In this document: positions 16,606 to 24,933 of the stretch, one piece after another
How the letters are laid out: the number at the start of each line of letters is the position of its first letter
Numbering within the stretch: position 1 is the first letter of the stretch
From: a phage
Length of the DNA stretch: 41,168 nucleotides
Reading direction: 5' to 3' (one strand)
Assembly: GCA_013027745.1 (NCBI GenBank)
Contig: GCA_013027745.1_4329.1
The notes under the pieces: model-generated
Databases searched by the model: none
What the model saw: the letters and a program-made list of their open reading frames with translations, nothing else
Told to the model about the DNA's origin: nothing
Made by a program: the position numbers and the translations under genes

Positions 16606-18496
16606 TAACCCCTTTCAGATAATCAGCGACACGTTTATCGAGTTCCGCCATCTGCTTAAGCGTGAGCGGATTCCCGAAACCATCTACAGATATTACGCGA
16701 AACTCTTCCGGCGATATACCGCTGTTGCGGAAAATCTTACCACGAACAGGGCCGAGGGCCTGGTCCTGGAACCATGCAGGTTGTTGTTTCAGGAACTCGT
16801 AATAGGTTGTGTCCGCGCTTACCTGAGTGCCGCCGTCCGCGCCCTTAGCCGCGCGTTTTGCGCCTTTATCTAGGAAATCGAACTCTGAGCTGATTACGGG
16901 TGCGGTTGTGGAGCGACAGTTATGTGCTATAATTCCATTTGCAAGATACCAGTTCTGTTCATTTTCGAGGTTATAAACATGCCCGCAAAAATCAGCTTCA
17001 CTAAAGACCAAATCGACAACATCATCAAGCTCTACGCCGACGGCATCGGACCAGTTGAAATCGGAAAGATTATCGGCGTTTCGTGCAGCCCAGTTATACG
17101 CGTTCTCAGAGAGAACGGCGTTAGGATCCGCGGCGGCAGCGACGCTATGTTTATCAGAATGGCTAAAGCTACTCCTGAGGAGCGCCTCGCTCTCTCCGCC
17201 GCGGCGCATGAAGCTGTCCGAGGGAGAAAGGCCGACCATGCTGAACTGCTTCGCAGAGCCAAAGCCAGGGAGGGAGTCATCAACGCCGGCAGTCACTGGG
17301 AGTTCCTTGTCAATGATTTGCTTATTCAGACCGGACTTGACTTTATTCCAGGAAAGGCGGTCGACAAGTATAATCTCGACTTCGCCGTCGGTTCCGTCGC
17401 CGTGGAAGTCTTCGGGGGAGGTTGGGCTTGTACTGACCGCCGCCGGATTGACCGCTACATTAGCCGCACTAAACAAATCGGAGAACTTGGCTACAACGTT
17501 GTGTTCCTTATGCTTGAGAGAGAGCGCAGAGTCCTTAGCGCACACGAGCTTGTCGCCTATATTGAGAAGGCCGGAAGCAACCCAACCACGGGCAGTCAAT
17601 ACCTGGTGGTTTGGGGTGATAGACAAGGTGCGACCGGACTTTGTAGAGACATAGACTATAGGGCCTTTGTACGTCCGTTTAAAAATGTTAGAAACAGGGC
17701 TACCGGTAGATACTACAGTGTCCCCAAGTAAGCAATTAGGATGGGCCGGAGGCATCGGCCCTTTACCGATTTCCCACGTCATCCCGTCCCTGGCTCTGCA
17801 AATCGTGCTGGTACGGCTGTCCAGCGTTGACACCCACTCGTACTTCTCAATGATATCGTCGTTCTGGCGGTACGTCTCGTTACGGGCTTCGTTGGATACG
17901 TGGGACAGCGCGGTGCGAATTACCGTAGCCGCGTTACGTTCAGAGATGTCCGCCAGCCCACCGGCACCAACAACATTCTTAACAATCTGCCGTGTTGTCT
18001 GGCCTTGTACGAAACCCATCTTAACGCCAGTTACCAGGCGCGCGACCTCCGCTTCGCCCCAGCCAGACATCAGTTTAGTGAAGTCAACAGGCTTGTCGCT
18101 TAACGATAGGGGTTGAAACTCGGCAGCAGACCACACCTGCTCAGCGGTCGGGATAACAAATTCAGCGTTGACGTTAGCCGTGAGTGTTTTCACATTCCAC
18201 TCAGCCTCATACGCTGCCAGTTCCTTAAGGTCTTCGGTCAGCTTTGTTTGCCAGTCTCCGGCTAGCCCTGTCAGTGCTTCTTCTAAGTCGCGTAACAGTT
18301 TATTGAGACGCGCGGTGCTTCTCCCGTCGTCGCCGAACAACAGCACCTGCCGTTTGATTTCATCCCGCATCTCCTGAATGAACGGTGCGAGGTCTTTCAC
18401 TTCGCCAGATGCGTTGCGTTGCAGCCAAATCTGGTGGCTGATTAGTGATGTCAGTAAGCTCATAAATAAACCCTGTGGCGCTAAAGTTAATAGCAT
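16580..18496 (-). CDS. head morphogenesis protein (MuF/SPP1 gp7-like) containing an intein
   Basis: 638 aa ORF between portal and scaffold; conserved AHPN-C site split by a Hint domain; predicted spliced product about 366 aa. Confidence 0.8.
   Translation of the reverse strand: MLLTLAPQGLFMSLLTSLISHQIWLQRNASGEVKDLAPFIQEMRDEIKRQVLLFGDDGRSTARLNKLLRDLEEALTGLAGDWQTKLTEDLKELAAYEAEWNVKTLTANVNAEFVIPTAEQVWSAAEFQPLSLSDKPVDFTKLMSGWGEAEVARLVTGVKMGFVQGQTTRQIVKNVVGAGGLADISERNAATVIRTALSHVSNEARNETYRQNDDIIEKYEWVSTLDSRTSTICRARDGMTWEIGKGPMPPAHPNCLLGDTVVSTGSPVSNIFKRTYKGPIVYVSTKSGRTLSITPNHQVLTARGWVASGLLNIGDKLVCAKDSALSLKHKEHNVVAKFSDLFSAANVAVNPAAVSTSPTSPEDFHGDGTDGEVEIILVDRLSWNKVKSGLNKQIIDKELPVTAGVDDSLPGFGSAKQFSMVGLSPSDSFMRRGGESEALLRSSFSHSDKHSVAAAADPNAVLSENAYNWAARNADNLSDFNWSDAVGVELDDVVDLVFSEADFCGHVYNLENEQNWYLANGIIAHNCRSTTAPVISSEFDFLDKGAKRAAKGADGGTQVSADTTYYEFLKQQPAWFQDQALGPVRGKIFRNSGISPEEFRVISVDGFGNPLTLKQMAELDKRVADYLKGVNDGLFQSN
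16919..17734 (-). mobile_element. intein (Hint domain, 272 aa, residues 255-526 of the host protein)
   Basis: Block A CLLGDTVV, block B GRTLSITPNHQVLT, blocks F/G VYNLENEQNWYLANGIIAHN followed by +1 Cys; no in-frame LAGLIDADG/HNH motif seen in the central region. Confidence 0.8.
16979..17731 (+). CDS. HTH plus PD-(D/E)xK (Vsr/DUF559-like) endonuclease-like protein encoded antisense inside the intein
   Basis: 250 codons from ATG 16979 (GAGGT SD 7 nt upstream) to TAA 17729-17731; HTH IGPVEIGKIIGVSCSPVIRVLRENG; core YNLDFAVGSVAVEVFGGGW...DRRRIDRY...GELGYNVVF. Confidence 0.5.
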   Translation: MPAKISFTKDQIDNIIKLYADGIGPVEIGKIIGVSCSPVIRVLRENGVRIRGGSDAMFIRMAKATPEERLALSAAAHEAVRGRKADHAELLRRAKAREGVINAGSHWEFLVNDLLIQTGLDFIPGKAVDKYNLDFAVGSVAVEVFGGGWACTDRRRIDRYISRTKQIGELGYNVVFLMLERERRVLSAHELVAYIEKAGSNPTTGSQYLVVWGDRQGATGLCRDIDYRAFVRPFKNVRNRATGRYYSVPK

Positions 18497-18506
18497 ACTA
18501 TAAGAA

Positions 18507-18522
18507 AGCCCCTTTCGGGGCT
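18507..18522 (-). promoter_or_regulatory. intercistronic hairpin between portal and head morphogenesis genes
   Basis: agcccc-tttc-ggggct stem-loop followed by a weak T-rich tract on the minus strand. Confidence 0.35.
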
Positions 18523-18532
18523 ACAGGTGAAC

Positions 18533-20014
18533 TTATTGCTGAGTGGCGTCCTGCTGTTGCGCCGACTGCGGAATATCGCCAGTTACCTGAGTAACAGCGC
18601 CTAACGGCACAGGTGCGTCCTCAATCGCCGTTGTAATCTCCTCGTCGGTCCAGTCAGTTACCCCGGCCTTACGCAGCGCGGAGTAGTAGGCGGTTGCTGG
18701 CAGTAAACCAGCGTTAATGTCTGCCATCCACTGTGCGCGGTCTTGCGCCGTCATCGGTTGCAGGAAGAACTCCATGTTCAGCTTGAACTCAATTTCCGTG
18801 CCTTCGCGCAAGCCCAGCATAGCAGCCACCCAACGCAACGCCTCTGTGTATGCCATGCTTACGTTACGCGCAATGGTTGCCATTACGGATGTATCAGCGC
18901 CACGTTGCAGGCGGGCTGATTCAGCGGTAATCTGCTGCGTCGGCGTGATAAGCTGCGCACCAATCTGGATGGCCTGATTCTCTTTATCCAGCATGTTCTG
19001 TTTGGCGAGGTTGTTCTCTCCGGCCTGAACCAGAAACGCATTGCCGCCGTAACCGATGTTATGGCCTGAGCGCGACCCCATGCGCACGCCGTGAGGGTTG
19101 GCTTCCGCCCACTGTTCCATGCTCATGTTCTCGCCCGGGGCAATAAACAGAGTCGGCTGGCCTACGACAAAGCTGGATTCCTCATTATCTGCGCTGTTGC
19201 GGAAATGCCCAATATTAAGCTCCGCCAACGGCAGCAAAGGGGCGTCGTCGATAGTAGCGTCGTTGTTGCTTGCGCCAATGAACGTGAACGGGATTTTGCC
19301 GCGTAACTGTTCGCCGAGTTCCGGGAAGATTTCGATTACTTCGTCCTGAGCGCCACCCTCGGCATCGAAGCGGTAAATGCGCTGGCGGTAGCGACCATCA
19401 ATCAGGTCGAGGACACGATATTGCTCACCGAACTTGGTTTCGAACTCTGCACCAGGTTCTGAGTATTCCCATACTTCGCGCAACACTACCATCGTAACGC
19501 GGTTAACAGAACCCACGCGAGTGAGTCGCCAGTTGATGATATTCTCTGCAGTATAGAATGCAATGACCGGGTTTAATAACCCAGCGTTCTGTTCGGCTGC
19601 CGTTGCTGCGGCTGTCTCCGGCGCATCCACCAGCAGCCCACCACGACCTACTGAGTCAATTTCCATAAGCGTATCCTGCGCGTGCTGCCACAGGCCGACA
19701 CCAGAGCCATCTGCATTGCGCAACAGGTACTCCAGTTCAGGCGGAATAATCTGTTCAGGGTCTTTGCGCATCACCGACCCAACCATCCCCGCCAGGGTAC
19801 GTTTGGTGAAGTTGTAGCAGATAGCGCCGTTCTCGTATTCTTCCTGGCGCTGCGCCGCGTAGGTAGGGTCAGGCTCGTTCTTCCCGACATTGCGCAGATA
19901 ACGAATAAGGTCGCCTTCCAGCGCATGACGTACCTTCTGCCATTTATCGAAGTGATGCAGCCATTCCCGGTGTTTTGTCTTAACACCCTGATTCTGACCG
20001 TTCATAGTTAACAT
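18533..20014 (-). CDS. portal protein
   Basis: 493 aa ORF immediately downstream of the terminase large subunit and upstream of the MuF-like gene. Confidence 0.75.
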   Translation of the reverse strand: MLTMNGQNQGVKTKHREWLHHFDKWQKVRHALEGDLIRYLRNVGKNEPDPTYAAQRQEEYENGAICYNFTKRTLAGMVGSVMRKDPEQIIPPELEYLLRNADGSGVGLWQHAQDTLMEIDSVGRGGLLVDAPETAAATAAEQNAGLLNPVIAFYTAENIINWRLTRVGSVNRVTMVVLREVWEYSEPGAEFETKFGEQYRVLDLIDGRYRQRIYRFDAEGGAQDEVIEIFPELGEQLRGKIPFTFIGASNNDATIDDAPLLPLAELNIGHFRNSADNEESSFVVGQPTLFIAPGENMSMEQWAEANPHGVRMGSRSGHNIGYGGNAFLVQAGENNLAKQNMLDKENQAIQIGAQLITPTQQITAESARLQRGADTSVMATIARNVSMAYTEALRWVAAMLGLREGTEIEFKLNMEFFLQPMTAQDRAQWMADINAGLLPATAYYSALRKAGVTDWTDEEITTAIEDAPVPLGAVTQVTGDIPQSAQQQDATQQ

Positions 20015-20026
20015 TGAATAATCCTC

Positions 20027-21277
20027 TTAAAGTGCGAAAGTCACCGGGATGTTGATTACTGGTTTAACCACCGGCATCTCGTAAACTACAGGATAGCCGA
20101 GAGCATCCGCCATATGGTCGATGATGCCGTCTTTGGACGGCTCCCCGTTATCGTCGTAAGCCTGCTGCTCCAGCGTCTTGGCTATCTCAGGGCATAAGTG
20201 GTCGTTAACCCACAGCTTACCTTTTTCCAGCGCTGTATTCACGGCCAAAACACGGTCTTTAACCGGGGGGTTGGCAGATTTAGCGCGAACATCGAACCCG
20301 GCCTGCTGGAGTAACGCAATATCAGAGATTGACGCCGAGTTGGTTTTGCGGTTCTTGCCACTTGCGTCAGGGTAAACGACGATGCGGTGACCTTGCGACT
20401 TCCACTTCTCGGTAATTACGCGCACGGTGTCCGGCGTATCGAACAGGCCTTTCAGTTCTGCCACCGCGTGCCAGCCGTCTTTACGCTGCACATACACGGC
20501 GCTGGCGTTCTTCGTAACGTTGAAGTCCTGCCCGATGTACAGCGTGTCGCCAGGTTGAATTGTCTCTTTGCTGCGGTGCTTACGGCGGTCGTACGCGTAA
20601 TACACGCTGCCGGATGTCAGGTTGACGAACTCACCGTTCAGATATGCGTTAATCAACTGCGCCGGGTAAGTCTCTGTCAGCGAGCTAATGTAATCCGGCG
20701 GCAGGAATCGCGCGTTCTCATGAGTTGATGCCTGCACCATCGAGTAGCTCGGCGTCGGATTCTCTTTGAACTTGGCGTAGACGAACTTGAACCCTTCCGG
20801 CGTCGTGGTTACAGAGATGTGGTTGGTTACGCCAGGAATAACAAGACGCATACGGGCTACGATTTTGTTCCACGCCAGCTCAGCTTTCTCGCGGCTCAAT
20901 ACGTCCAGCTCATCCACGACCGCCGCGGCGATTTTGAAGCCGACGATAGAGCCGGGGTTATCCATCGAACGGCAGATAACTGTCCCCAGCACTGTCTTAC
21001 CGCGAGTAACCACGACTTCTTTGTCGCCGGATTTAACCAGCACATCAAGGCCGAGCAGGTTAGCTGCTTCCTCGAATGTCGGGTAGAAGATGTCACGGAT
21101 AGCGGGGTATGTGGGGCCGAAGTAGCCCAGGCGCGTACCGGGGTGCTTGAGCATGAACGTAAGCAGGTCCAGACAGCCGACAAATGTCTTGCCGCTGCCG
21201 AAGCCCCCGACATAGGCTTTATATTTGTTATCGCAATTCAGGAACAACGCCTGTGGTGCGGATAGCTGGATACTCAT
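20027..21277 (-). CDS. terminase large subunit
   Basis: Walker A GGFGSGKT near the N-terminus; size and position typical. Confidence 0.85.
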   Translation of the reverse strand: MSIQLSAPQALFLNCDNKYKAYVGGFGSGKTFVGCLDLLTFMLKHPGTRLGYFGPTYPAIRDIFYPTFEEAANLLGLDVLVKSGDKEVVVTRGKTVLGTVICRSMDNPGSIVGFKIAAAVVDELDVLSREKAELAWNKIVARMRLVIPGVTNHISVTTTPEGFKFVYAKFKENPTPSYSMVQASTHENARFLPPDYISSLTETYPAQLINAYLNGEFVNLTSGSVYYAYDRRKHRSKETIQPGDTLYIGQDFNVTKNASAVYVQRKDGWHAVAELKGLFDTPDTVRVITEKWKSQGHRIVVYPDASGKNRKTNSASISDIALLQQAGFDVRAKSANPPVKDRVLAVNTALEKGKLWVNDHLCPEIAKTLEQQAYDDNGEPSKDGIIDHMADALGYPVVYEMPVVKPVINIPVTFAL

Positions 21278-21819
21278 TCCTCTACCTCACCCATGTTCGT
21301 TGTTACGATTTTACCTACAGGCTCCGCGACACTGAAAATAATCTCAGTCGGTGCTGTTTCTTCGGCGGATTCAACCGGTTTCTCTTTGCTGAGGCCCAGC
21401 TTAGCCGCAGCGAAGGTAGCAGAGATACCCGCCGCGCCTGTCTCAGTGAAGTATGCCTCTTCCAGCGCCTGTGCGGTCTCCCAGGCTTCTGCAAATGCGG
21501 GAATCTCGCGCAGCCACAGCTTAATAATCGGGATAGTGACGCCGATGTGTAAGGCGAAGCGGGCCAGTGACGGTGGCTTATCCTGAATCAGCGGGCGTTC
21601 GTCACCCTTAGACGTAGGCACAAGTTCCCACGACGTGCGGTCGAAGAATCGAATCAATTCGTCGCAATAGTCCGGGTCCCACAACGCGGCGGAATTACGG
21701 GATGATTGATAAAGGCTCTGTTTGCCGCGCGGTCGTCTACGGCGGCGGTTTGCACTAACAGCTTCTTCATGTGCAGCTTGCACCACCTCTGGCGATGGCT
21801 GCTTGAGTTTCAGCTTCAT
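21274..21819 (-). CDS. terminase small subunit
   Basis: HTH-like segment ARFALHIGVT...LWLREIPAFAEAWETAQALEEAYF; ATGA overlap with TerL; likely start MKLKLKQ at 21819. Confidence 0.7.
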   Translation of the reverse strand: MKLKLKQPSPEVVQAAHEEAVSANRRRRRPRGKQSLYQSSRNSAALWDPDYCDELIRFFDRTSWELVPTSKGDERPLIQDKPPSLARFALHIGVTIPIIKLWLREIPAFAEAWETAQALEEAYFTETGAAGISATFAAAKLGLSKEKPVESAEETAPTEIIFSVAEPVGKIVTTNMGEVEE

Positions 21820-21916
21820 AGAATCCCCTTGCATATGCGTCTGACCATCAGAGCGCACCAGACGCGCCCTACGCGTCTAAAGGGATTATATAAGGGGATT
21901 GGGCGGGATGTACAGA

Positions 21917-21938
21917 AAAGCCCTCCGTAGAGGGCTTT
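21917..21938. terminator. rho-independent terminator upstream of the terminase operon
   Basis: aaagccctc-cgta-gagggcttt followed by ttg on plus and ttc on minus. Confidence 0.6.
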
Positions 21939-22038
21939 TGTCAGTTATATAGGCCATGTCGGGGTGCTCTTTTACCATCACCGCCGTAGTGGTCGTTAGC
22001 TACGGCGATAGCCCAGGCGTTTGGTATGATTAGTAGTC

Positions 22039-22257
22039 TCATATATGTTCCAGTGATTCTCTCCAGTCTGTATCTTGGTTCTCTACACACCCGAGGCATT
22101 GTACTTCTCCATACTCGCTCGACCACACCCATTCAAGACCCTCGATAACGGGTTCGTACTCGAAGCCGTACACGGCCCCGTCTTCATCCGTGGCAACATA
22201 GTTTATATTATCCCACACATGAAAATGTTTACCTTTATATTCTATAGTACGACTCAT
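22039..22257 (-). CDS. hypothetical protein
   Basis: 72 aa ORF, last gene of a translationally coupled small-gene operon. Confidence 0.45.
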   Translation of the reverse strand: MSRTIEYKGKHFHVWDNINYVATDEDGAVYGFEYEPVIEGLEWVWSSEYGEVQCLGCVENQDTDWRESLEHI

Positions 22258-22490
22258 TTACCACTCTCCTCTTTAGCAATGCGTTGCTCAGTTTTAGTGA
22301 TACCACGGCGCGTGAATAACACCGGGCTTGTCTTAACGTGCGTCATGAGGCGGTTGTTATAAATTACGTGGCGCTCGCAATCAACGTCTTTACTGTACTT
22401 GGCAATCGTCATTTCGTTGATGCCGGTTTGTCGGCATGTCTCCGCCATCGTGCCAAATTCTTTAATCAGGTTCGGAATGCTGGTAATCAA
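22254..22490 (-). CDS. HTH DNA-binding protein
   Basis: 78 aa; helix-turn-helix-like segment MAETCRQTGINEMTIAKY. Confidence 0.5.
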   Translation of the reverse strand: MITSIPNLIKEFGTMAETCRQTGINEMTIAKYSKDVDCERHVIYNNRLMTHVKTSPVLFTRRGITKTEQRIAKEESGK

Positions 22491-22774
22491 TTTGTCTCTC
22501 CTTTAGTGACAGTAATATCTTTCTTGTTAAGGTCTACGAACACCGTATGGTTGCCGTTAGTAAGAACGAGGCACCGGGGGACCAACCCCTCCGTAGTCCA
22601 TATGAACTCTTGCGGCCGACAGGCGCGCACTCTGCGTGTTTCGAACATACCATTTACCGAGATAACACCGTAGTTCTGTGTTTCACTGGTGTTTGCATAT
22701 TTACGGTACACGGCCTCTTCTATCGCCGATTCAATATCCGTAAATTTCGATGTTACGGTACGCGCCATAATCAC
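22487..22774 (-). CDS. hypothetical protein
   Basis: 95 aa ORF, ATGA coupling. Confidence 0.45.
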   Translation of the reverse strand: MIMARTVTSKFTDIESAIEEAVYRKYANTSETQNYGVISVNGMFETRRVRACRPQEFIWTTEGLVPRCLVLTNGNHTVFVDLNKKDITVTKGETN

Positions 22775-23004
22775 CCCACTATCTCATCGCCCAACCACGC
22801 CGTTTCGCGTATATCGTCAACCACACAAGCGGCATGCTCACGGCTAATCGCAAAAATGTAGAAGCTGAACTTCTTCCCGTCGGCGTCGATGTGATTAACC
22901 GAGTATGGTTTCCACAGGGCACCATCAATGACTACGGGTTTAGGCGACTCCATATGCTTTACCACATTTAATGCACGTGGCTCGATGTAATCCACCAACC
23001 ACAT
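22771..23004 (-). CDS. hypothetical protein
   Basis: 77 aa ORF; true start may be the internal MESPKP near 22953. Confidence 0.4.
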   Translation of the reverse strand: MWLVDYIEPRALNVVKHMESPKPVVIDGALWKPYSVNHIDADGKKFSFYIFAISREHAACVVDDIRETAWLGDEIVG

Positions 23005-23188
23005 GTAGGTAGTAATCGTGCTCGCAAGGCTTTTCGTCTGCCTTCAACTTATCAAGAAGCAACTTAAACGCCTCCAGTTGAAACTCACCGTTAATTGACA
23101 GTTGCCCGCTTAACGTCTGTTTCTCCGACTCAAGCACCAGGATACGGCGCTCGAGTGATGCGATTGTTATTTTAGGCATTGCTGTCAC
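22940..23188 (-). CDS. coiled-coil / zinc-binding-like small protein
   Basis: 82 aa; C-terminal C-x-H...H...C-x2-C pattern. Confidence 0.45.
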   Translation of the reverse strand: MTAMPKITIASLERRILVLESEKQTLSGQLSINGEFQLEAFKLLLDKLKADEKPCEHDYYLHVVGGLHRATCIKCGKAYGVA

Positions 23189-23357
23189 CTTTGTTCAGGT
23201 TGAAGCGGTTAACCAGTTCACGGCGTGTCTCGTAAAGCGACTCAACCATTTGCTCAGCTACCGCAATTTTAGTATTCAGGACGTGCATCACATGGCCGAT
23301 GTCTACGCCGGAGTTAACAGCCTCTACCATCATCTTTTCGTATTCACGGTCAGTCAT
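23172..23357 (-). CDS. hypothetical protein
   Basis: 61 aa ORF in the coupled operon. Confidence 0.4.
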   Translation of the reverse strand: MTDREYEKMMVEAVNSGVDIGHVMHVLNTKIAVAEQMVESLYETRRELVNRFNLNKGDSNA

Positions 23358-23512
23358 TCTTTACGCTCTCCCCACATGCGATTAAGATACTTGTTCTTGT
23401 CCGGCCCCGGGAAACTGTTGCGTTCCATCAGTTCCTCGCGTGTCGGGAAAGGGGTGTGACTGACTTTACGGCCTACTCGTAATGGTTGGCTTACTTGACC
23501 TTGTTCGCTCAT
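23354..23512 (-). CDS. hypothetical protein
   Basis: Hand-verified 52 aa ORF (MSEQGQVSQPLRVGRK...) with ATGA overlaps at both ends. Confidence 0.4.
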   Translation of the reverse strand: MSEQGQVSQPLRVGRKVSHTPFPTREELMERNSFPGPDKNKYLNRMWGERKE

Positions 23513-23703
23513 TCTACAATCTCCCATTTAACGCCGTGGTAGCACTCGCCTTCGTCGCTAAAGTCTATGAGAATAGAATCGCCAACATCATCTACCACCC
23601 AACCTAGACCACTGGTTGTTGGGTTGTACACATCATATACTTTACCCTCTGTCACATAGTCCAGGGTATGTAACCCCGTAACTTTAGTTGCTTTAACTTT
23701 CAT
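23509..23703 (-). CDS. hypothetical protein
   Basis: 64 aa ORF in the coupled operon. Confidence 0.45.
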   Translation of the reverse strand: MKVKATKVTGLHTLDYVTEGKVYDVYNPTTSGLGWVVDDVGDSILIDFSDEGECYHGVKWEIVE

Positions 23704-23849
23704 TTCTTCTCTCCTGCGTAAGCTGCTTTAAGTGCCTGCATTGCGGCGAACCAGAACGCGTCTGCCGGAATGCTGTTGCTCAGGTTACTAACGGCGATGC
23801 GAGCCATCAGTTGCGCGTCTTTGAATGCTTCGATATCTGTGATTCTCAT
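23700..23849 (-). CDS. hypothetical protein
   Basis: Hand-verified 49 aa ORF (MRITDIEAFKDAQLMAR...), GGAG upstream, ATGA overlap with the next gene. Confidence 0.4.
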   Translation of the reverse strand: MRITDIEAFKDAQLMARIAVSNLSNSIPADAFWFAAMQALKAAYAGEKK

Positions 23850-23882
23850 CTTCTCTACTCCGTTCTCGTTGTCGATGGAGAA

Positions 23883-23911
23883 AATATAATAGGGTCGAGG
23901 GTAGTAGTCAA
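23883..23911 (-). promoter_or_regulatory. sigma70-like promoter (TTGACT-N17-TATATT) for the 23849-22039 operon
   Basis: On the minus strand: ttgact, 17 nt spacer, tatatt; just downstream of the lysis terminators. Confidence 0.5.
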
Positions 23912-23933
23912 CTAGTCATTACAGAAAATAGAT

Positions 23934-23966
23934 AAAAAAAAATCCCGGCTGGGTCAGGGCCGGGAT
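23934..23966 (-). terminator. rho-independent terminator (lysis operon, distal)
   Basis: atcccggc...gccgggat hairpin followed by nine T on the minus strand. Confidence 0.75.
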
Positions 23967-24040
23967 AAAACTGGAGAGCAGAGGGATGGAACAGGAGGTG
24001 ATTTAAGTATCGTCGGATTAGTCTTAGGTGTCAATTGGTA

Positions 24041-24069
24041 AAATAAAACCCGGATTCGCGGTCCGGGTT
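24041..24069 (-). terminator. rho-independent terminator (lysis operon, proximal)
   Basis: aacccgga...tccgggtt hairpin followed by ttttattt on the minus strand. Confidence 0.6.
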
Positions 24070-24197
24070 TCGGTCATAAGCCCCTGAACCCTACGCAGTC
24101 TCCACCGCTTGGGCTGCTGCTTCAGGTTTACCAGGGCTTAGTATGCAAGCACAAGCAGCGTGGATGTAAGTTTACTAAACGCCTTCATATTCGTCCA

Positions 24198-24683
24198 TCA
24201 TTTAACGGCCCTCCCAATAGCCTCAGCCTCTTGCCACGGTTTACCGTCAAATAATGCCAGTCTCCCGGCTGTACGGCGACGCAGGCCAAGTAACGGTTTG
24301 CCGTTCTGGTTGATGAACAGCGTCAGCTTAGCCCGCAGCGTCGAAATATCACCGGAACGCAGGGCCTTACCCGCGCCTGTAGTAGCCGCAATGGCACCAG
24401 CACCAGCGTTATACACCAGGTCGCACACTGCATCGAACTGCGCCTGTGTTAGTGAATGGTGTGCTGCCGCATCAACCGCAGCCACCGCCTTAGCCATATC
24501 GCGGTTCAGTAACAGGAGGCCTTGCCCGGGCGTGATGGTCTTACCTGGGGTTACGTCAGGCCCATAATGCCCGTAGCCTACAGTCAGGTACTTCTCGTTC
24601 GGCGTAGCGCGATACGCGGTTCCACGGAATCCCTCAAACGCAGCGGTAAAATGCAATCCATTATCTGAAATATTTCGAGACAC
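24198..24683 (-). CDS. endolysin (GH24 lysozyme family)
   Basis: EGFRGTAYRATPNEKYLTVGYGH catalytic-region signature; likely GTG start at 24683 with GGAGGA SD 7 nt upstream. Confidence 0.8.
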   Translation of the reverse strand: MSRNISDNGLHFTAAFEGFRGTAYRATPNEKYLTVGYGHYGPDVTPGKTITPGQGLLLLNRDMAKAVAAVDAAAHHSLTQAQFDAVCDLVYNAGAGAIAATTGAGKALRSGDISTLRAKLTLFINQNGKPLLGLRRRTAGRLALFDGKPWQEAEAIGRAVK

Positions 24684-24933
24684 GCTTATGTCCTCCGTAT
24701 GACAGCCACGCCTGACGAATCTGGCGCAGCGCAACTAATGTGATTAAGGTTTCTGGCAGCGTAGGTGACATGCTGCCCTGTAACAGGTGGATACATCCGG
24801 CGGCGCAGACGATAGCAGTCAGGATATAGAGCACCCGACCGGATAGCCCGTCGTCAACACATTCATTATACACGTTGAACAGGGACGAAGCGCCCATCGC
24901 CAACATTACGGCGAACCAGAATAACTCATTCAT
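24661..24933 (-). CDS. small membrane protein (holin/antiholin-like partner)
   Basis: About 90 aa with two hydrophobic segments; start MNELFWF overlaps the holin stop (ATGAATGA). Confidence 0.5.
   Translation of the reverse strand: MNELFWFAVMLAMGASSLFNVYNECVDDGLSGRVLYILTAIVCAAGCIHLLQGSMSPTLPETLITLVALRQIRQAWLSYGGHKRVSKYFR

Noticed and set aside
17055-18116. Plus-strand ORFs 17055-17654 and 17667-18116 inside the head morphogenesis gene
   Set aside because: Different frames from the protein-like 16979-17731 ORF; translations are Ser/Leu/Arg-rich junk with no motifs, so treated as chance antisense frames.
21941-22132. 63 aa minus ORF overlapping the 22039-22257 gene in another frame
   Set aside because: Overlaps a better-supported coupled ORF by about 90 nt and runs into the terminator; likely spurious.
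23850-24200. Possible tRNA or small RNA gene in the ~330 bp gap after the lysis genes
   Set aside because: No cloverleaf-compatible sequence or T-loop GTTCRA motif seen by eye; the region is explained by two terminators and a promoter.
24160-24567. 135 aa plus-strand ORF opposite the endolysin
   Set aside because: Antisense to a gene with a clear lysozyme signature; no RBS; low-complexity product.
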